64,000 nucleotides of DNA from Spirochaetia bacterium. Lineage in GTDB: Bacteria > Spirochaetota > Spirochaetia > DSM-27196 > Salinispiraceae. How positions within the stretch are numbered: position 1 is the stretch's first letter; every line of letters begins with the position of its first letter. Position numbers and translations under genes: made by a program. Positions 59,934-64,000 of the stretch are shown here, piece by piece. The notes beneath the pieces were generated by a model. That model searched no databases. It was given only the letters and a program-made list of their open reading frames with translations, and was not told the origin of the DNA. The DNA is taken from contig JBBRCZ010000004.1 of NCBI GenBank assembly GCA_038204425.1, positions 96,001 to 160,000 on the forward strand, given 5' to 3'.

Positions 59934-60285
59934 CTTTCAAGTACTGTATGCTGAGGATGAGTTCACAAATCGTAAACTAATAGAGATTCAGTTAAGTAAA
60001 AGTGGTATTTCGTGTGATGTGGCCTCAGATGGTCTTCAAGCCTACCAGAAACTAGAAGAAAACAGCTACGAAGTCGTAATCCTTGACCAGTATATGCCCG
60101 GTCTCAATGGTGACCAACTTGCCCGTAAAATTCTTGCCAAGTATCCAGATTTACCCTTGATAGCAATTACCAGCGACGATGGTGAGATCGACAAACTGAG
60201 AAGCGCGGGATTTAGAGAAATATTTATAAAACCACTTCGAACTACCGCGTATATTGACATATTAAGACAGTATCTTAAAACCTGA
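59926..60285 (+). CDS. Single-domain response regulator (REC)
   Basis: YAEDE, LDQYMPGLNG, ITS, KP; overlaps Hpt gene. Confidence 0.9.
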   Translation: MASFQVLYAEDEFTNRKLIEIQLSKSGISCDVASDGLQAYQKLEENSYEVVILDQYMPGLNGDQLARKILAKYPDLPLIAITSDDGEIDKLRSAGFREIFIKPLRTTAYIDILRQYLKT

Positions 60286-60309
60286 TGACCTAGAAAAAGG
60301 GTAAATTGA

Positions 60310-61902
60310 ATGCAATCAAGTCCAAGGAAATACAAAATTCTCATACTGATAATGGTAGCCGTAATTTCAGCGGTGCAGCTGGGAGCCACTTCAGATACTG
60401 GAAGCAAACAAAACCTTGTGGTAGCCTTTGATGAGGCGCCTGTTCAATGGAACCCTTTGTTCACTTACTCTTCGGTCGAGGCGCAGCTCTACACTGCCCT
60501 CTACGAAGGCTTGGTTGTCTATAATCCAGAAACCCTAAAACCAATGCCAGGAATTGCTGAAAGCTGGAGCCTATCTGACGACCAGAAAACTATCACTTTT
60601 AAACTGCGTCCAAAGCTACTTTTCAGCGATGGCACTGCCCTGGTTTCCGAAACTCTTAGGCAAACCTGGCTGGCTCTTCTCAACCCGCAAGCGTCGAGCC
60701 CCTTTGCAGGATTGCTCGATCCAATTGTAGCAGCGAGCGACTACCGTACCGGCAAAATTAAAGACGCAGCCTTGATCGGAATCAAGTGTCCCGACGACAC
60801 CACCTTTGTAGTTACACTTAGGGCACCCACAGCTTACTTTGTCCAAGTACTTTGCCACCAAAGTCTTGTTCCTATTCACCCCAAAATGCTCAAGGAAACC
60901 AAGTGGAGTCCGTCAAAAATAGTAGGTAACGGCCCTTTTGTGATTAGCTCATCCTCAGATGAAAAAGTCGTTCTCACACCATCAGAAAACTACTGGGATC
61001 GCAGTTCAGTTAAAGTTTCGGGACTTGAGTGGATTTTTAGTGCTGGAGACGAGGCCAAGACCAAAGCCTTTAACTTTGGCGAGATTCATTGGATCGAATC
61101 CGGCGTAGAAACCAAAAAAATCGAAAACCCCAACACACTTAAGCTAACTCCACAATTTTCAACAACCATGCTTTACTTCTCCAACCAAGATCCAATCTTT
61201 AACAAGCAAAAAGTGCGCGCCGGTTTAACCAAACTGCTACCACTCGAAAACATGCGATCAAAAGACCTTTTCTTGGTCCCAAGTTCTCGCATGATACCTC
61301 AGATCCCCTACTACCCTCGCGCAGGCGCTATTGAGAATCAAAACAAAACTGAAGGCTTGCAATTATTGCTTGATGCAGGCTTTCCGCGTGGCAAGGGACT
61401 TCCTCCTATTCGCGTTGTTTTTCCAGAGTCAGAACTATTTTCCGAAATTGGCGAGATGATCCGCTCGGCATGGAAAGATACAGACATTAAGTTTGAACTC
61501 AGCTTTTTGAGCTCGGACGAATATTACCGTGTCCTAAAGCCGGATATGTTTACTTTGGCTTCCATGTCTTGGATTGGTGACTACGCTGACCCGATGACCT
61601 TTCTTGACCTTTGGAAAAGTGACTCAAGTCTCAACTCGAGTCTATTCTCTGACCCAGAGTACGATCAGCTTCTGATCAGTTCTGACCTGCAACAGGGAAC
61701 CGAACGCTATAAAACTCTATCTAAGGCAGAATCGAGGGTTCTGGAAACCGCCCAGGTTATACCTCTTGGACATTCTCCTGCGCTCAACATTATCGACTTG
61801 GAGATTGTAGCAGGATGGTTTGAGAATCCCCTCAATATCCACCCTTTTAAGAACATGTACTTCAAGGCGAGAAAACCACCCAGAAATATCGCAAGTCTTT
61901 GA
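60310..61902 (+). CDS. oppA: Peptide ABC transporter substrate-binding protein (OppA family)
   Basis: LYEGLV, PGIAESWS.SDD..TITFKLR, FSDG, VGNGPF, NYWD, WIGDYADP.TFL. Confidence 0.88.
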   Translation: MQSSPRKYKILILIMVAVISAVQLGATSDTGSKQNLVVAFDEAPVQWNPLFTYSSVEAQLYTALYEGLVVYNPETLKPMPGIAESWSLSDDQKTITFKLRPKLLFSDGTALVSETLRQTWLALLNPQASSPFAGLLDPIVAASDYRTGKIKDAALIGIKCPDDTTFVVTLRAPTAYFVQVLCHQSLVPIHPKMLKETKWSPSKIVGNGPFVISSSSDEKVVLTPSENYWDRSSVKVSGLEWIFSAGDEAKTKAFNFGEIHWIESGVETKKIENPNTLKLTPQFSTTMLYFSNQDPIFNKQKVRAGLTKLLPLENMRSKDLFLVPSSRMIPQIPYYPRAGAIENQNKTEGLQLLLDAGFPRGKGLPPIRVVFPESELFSEIGEMIRSAWKDTDIKFELSFLSSDEYYRVLKPDMFTLASMSWIGDYADPMTFLDLWKSDSSLNSSLFSDPEYDQLLISSDLQQGTERYKTLSKAESRVLETAQVIPLGHSPALNIIDLEIVAGWFENPLNIHPFKNMYFKARKPPRNIASL

Positions 61903-61933
61903 CCTTGATGCATTTTTAGCGTATTCTGTGCCC

Positions 61934-62575
61934 ATGTCAGATCAAGTTCCTTTTAGCCAATTCAAACTACATGAGCAAGTGGTCTATCCACTGCAAGGTG
62001 TTGGAAAAATCATCATCATTGATGAACGTCCTTTTAAGGACAAGATGTTGTGGTACTATACCATTTACCTCGAGATATCAGATATGACAGTCATGGTGCC
62101 TGTTGACAAGGCAGTTCAGCTTGGCATTAGGGCCATTGTTCCCCAGGAAGAGGCAGAACTTGCATTGGCATTGATCTCCGAACCTGACGACGCCGCACCA
62201 ACTGATTGGAAGCAACGCTACCAAATGAATCATGACCTGCTTAAACAAGGTTCGGTTGCTGACATCGCCAAGGTGGTTAGGACACTTTACCACCGTAGCA
62301 AGATTAAAGAACTGCCCGTAATGGAAAGAAAACTTTTTGACTCAGCTACTAAACTCTTGGTTGATGAAATCTCCCTGTCGCTTCACAAATCCAAACAAGA
62401 AGTAGAAGAGATCATCTTTATAAAGCTGGAAAAAGACCATCCTGTGGCCGATAAAAAATACGCGCTTGATGATTTTGGCTACAATGAAGAAGATGAAGGT
62501 TTGATGGATGAAGCCGACAACGTAAGGCCTCGCAACGAAACTGCCGAGGAAGAAGAAGACGAGGACGAAGCTTAA
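61934..62575 (+). CDS. carD: CarD family RNA polymerase-binding regulator
   Basis: VVYPLQGVGKI, MTVMVPV, GIRAI, DWKQRY (conserved Trp), ERKLFD.A..LL..EI; acidic tail. Confidence 0.92.
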   Translation: MSDQVPFSQFKLHEQVVYPLQGVGKIIIIDERPFKDKMLWYYTIYLEISDMTVMVPVDKAVQLGIRAIVPQEEAELALALISEPDDAAPTDWKQRYQMNHDLLKQGSVADIAKVVRTLYHRSKIKELPVMERKLFDSATKLLVDEISLSLHKSKQEVEEIIFIKLEKDHPVADKKYALDDFGYNEEDEGLMDEADNVRPRNETAEEEEDEDEA

Positions 62576-62609
62576 GAGCTCCCCATAACTAAGCGATTGA
62601 AGTAGCAAA

Positions 62610-62645
62610 TAGGGCCTGTACATGTCTAATCAAGTACAGGCCCTA
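62610..62645. terminator. Bidirectional terminator between convergent carD and fusA
   Basis: Perfect 12-bp inverted repeat TAGGGCCTGTAC/GTACAGGCCCTA flanked by A/T runs. Confidence 0.8.
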
Positions 62646-62657
62646 AAAGCTATTTAT

Positions 62658-64000
62658 TTAGCTATTCTCTGCTTTACGTTTTTCTTCATATTTCTTCTTA
62701 AGTTCATCAGCAATGCCGTTAGGTACTCTTCCGTACTTTAGGAACTCCATGCTGAACTCAGCTTTACCTTGTGTCAGCGAACGCAAGATAGTTGAGTAAC
62801 CAAACATTTCGGAAAGTGGAACTTCAGCAGCAACCTGGCAAAACGCACCATCTTCGGTCGAAGAAAGAATTACACCACGACGCTGATTGAGTGAACCAAA
62901 GATATTTCCTTGGAACTCAGTTGGGCCTTCTACTTCTACCTTCATGATAGGCTCAAGAATGGCAGGCTTAGCTTTTGGATAGGCTTCACGGAAAGCACCA
63001 AGACCCGCTTGTTGAAACGCGTTGTCCGAGGAGTCAACAGCGTGCATCGCACCGTCGTTTATAACCATGCGTACGCCAACAATCGGGAAGCCAATCTGAG
63101 TTCCCTTCTTGATAGCGGTTTGGAATCCCTTGTCACAACTTGGCACGTATTCATTTGCAATAACGCCACCCTTAATGTTGTCCACAAACTCATAAACGCC
63201 AGTTTCCAGTGGTTCCATATATCCGGCTACACGACCATACTGCCCAGCACCACCTGTTTGTTTTTTATGGGTGTAGTTGAACTCAGCCTTGGCAGTAATT
63301 GTCTCGCGATAAGCGACTTGAGGCATGCCGGTTGTAACTTCGGCCTTGTACTCTCGTTTCATTCGTTCGATGTAAACCTCAAGATGCAACTCACCCATGC
63401 CTTGAATAATAGTCTGATTGGATTCTTGGTCAACGTAGGTGCGGAAAGTTGGGTCTTCTCGAGTAAAACGGCCAAGTGCCTTAGCAAGGTTATCGGCTGC
63501 CTTTTTATCAACTGGTGCTATCGCCAAAGAAATAACCGGCTCTGGAACAAACATAGAAGTCATGGAGGCATTGATTTCGCTGCTACAGAAGGTGTCTCCC
63601 GAAGCACAATCAACTCCAAACAAAGCCACAATGTCTCCAACTGGTGATTCTTCAATTTCTTCCATGCGGCTGGCATGCATTCTGACCAATCGGCCAACCT
63701 TTACCCGCTTACCTGTTCGAGTATTGGTGATTTCACAACCCTTGTAGAGTCTACCTTGGTAGATACGTACATAGGTAAGCTGACCATACTGCCCATCTTC
63801 TAACTTAAAGGCCAGAGCAATAGTCGGTGCATCATTTGCAACCCTTACATCAAAAACCTTCTCGTTGTCATCCAAGTCAAGTGCTTGGTTAACAACTTCG
63901 TTAGGAGCTGGAAGAAAACTAACTACTCCGTCCAAAAGCGTTTGAACACCCTTGTTTTTGTAGGCCGACCCCATAAAGACGGGCGTAAGCTCACGACGCA
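62658..64000 (-). CDS. fusA: Elongation factor G (EF-G1 type), partial (5' end outside window)
   Basis: [62 protein letters not shown]. Confidence 0.97.
   Translation of the reverse strand, partial: RRELTPVFMGSAYKNKGVQTLLDGVVSFLPAPNEVVNQALDLDDNEKVFDVRVANDAPTIALAFKLEDGQYGQLTYVRIYQGRLYKGCEITNTRTGKRVKVGRLVRMHASRMEEIEESPVGDIVALFGVDCASGDTFCSSEINASMTSMFVPEPVISLAIAPVDKKAADNLAKALGRFTREDPTFRTYVDQESNQTIIQGMGELHLEVYIERMKREYKAEVTTGMPQVAYRETITAKAEFNYTHKKQTGGAGQYGRVAGYMEPLETGVYEFVDNIKGGVIANEYVPSCDKGFQTAIKKGTQIGFPIVGVRMVINDGAMHAVDSSDNAFQQAGLGAFREAYPKAKPAILEPIMKVEVEGPTEFQGNIFGSLNQRRGVILSSTEDGAFCQVAAEVPLSEMFGYSTILRSLTQGKAEFSMEFLKYGRVPNGIADELKKKYEEKRKAENS

Noticed and set aside
62910..63647. 245-aa plus-strand ORF
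   Set aside because: Antisense to fusA; no motifs

Overview
A gene-dense (~45% GC) chromosomal core region of a spirochete (Spirochaetia). The assignment is inferred from the archaeal-type UMP kinase, spd/mitochondrial-type EF-G1, cyclophilin-FKBP fusion, flgM, HATPase-HDOD protein, CarD and several lipoproteins. It holds ~60 CDS and two tRNAs (Leu-CAA, Ala-GGC). Housekeeping genes include rplM-rpsI, pcrA/uvrD, rodZ, lolA, pyrH, fabF/G/H, a Lon-like protease, rsmI, aspS, serA, radA, argA, trxA, leuS, pheA, oppA, carD and fusA. No integrase, transposase, prophage or CRISPR array was seen. The most notable signals are: (1) about 14 genes with a sigma70 -10 box 6-9 nt before the start codon and no properly spaced SD, suggesting pervasive leaderless mRNAs, often as back-to-back divergent pairs; (2) four sigma28/FliA-like promoters, before flgM and three exported proteins; (3) a lytic transglycosylase that appears to start at ATT; (4) a 53-aa basic Zn-ribbon gene missed by the ORF track; (5) an SBP-OmpA fusion plus membrane-anchored vWA module at the left edge; (6) several apparent pseudoenzymes (Fe-ADH, PP2C, aminotransferase, EreA/ChaN-like, HATPase-Hpt). 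All calls were made by eye from motifs; no database searches were run.
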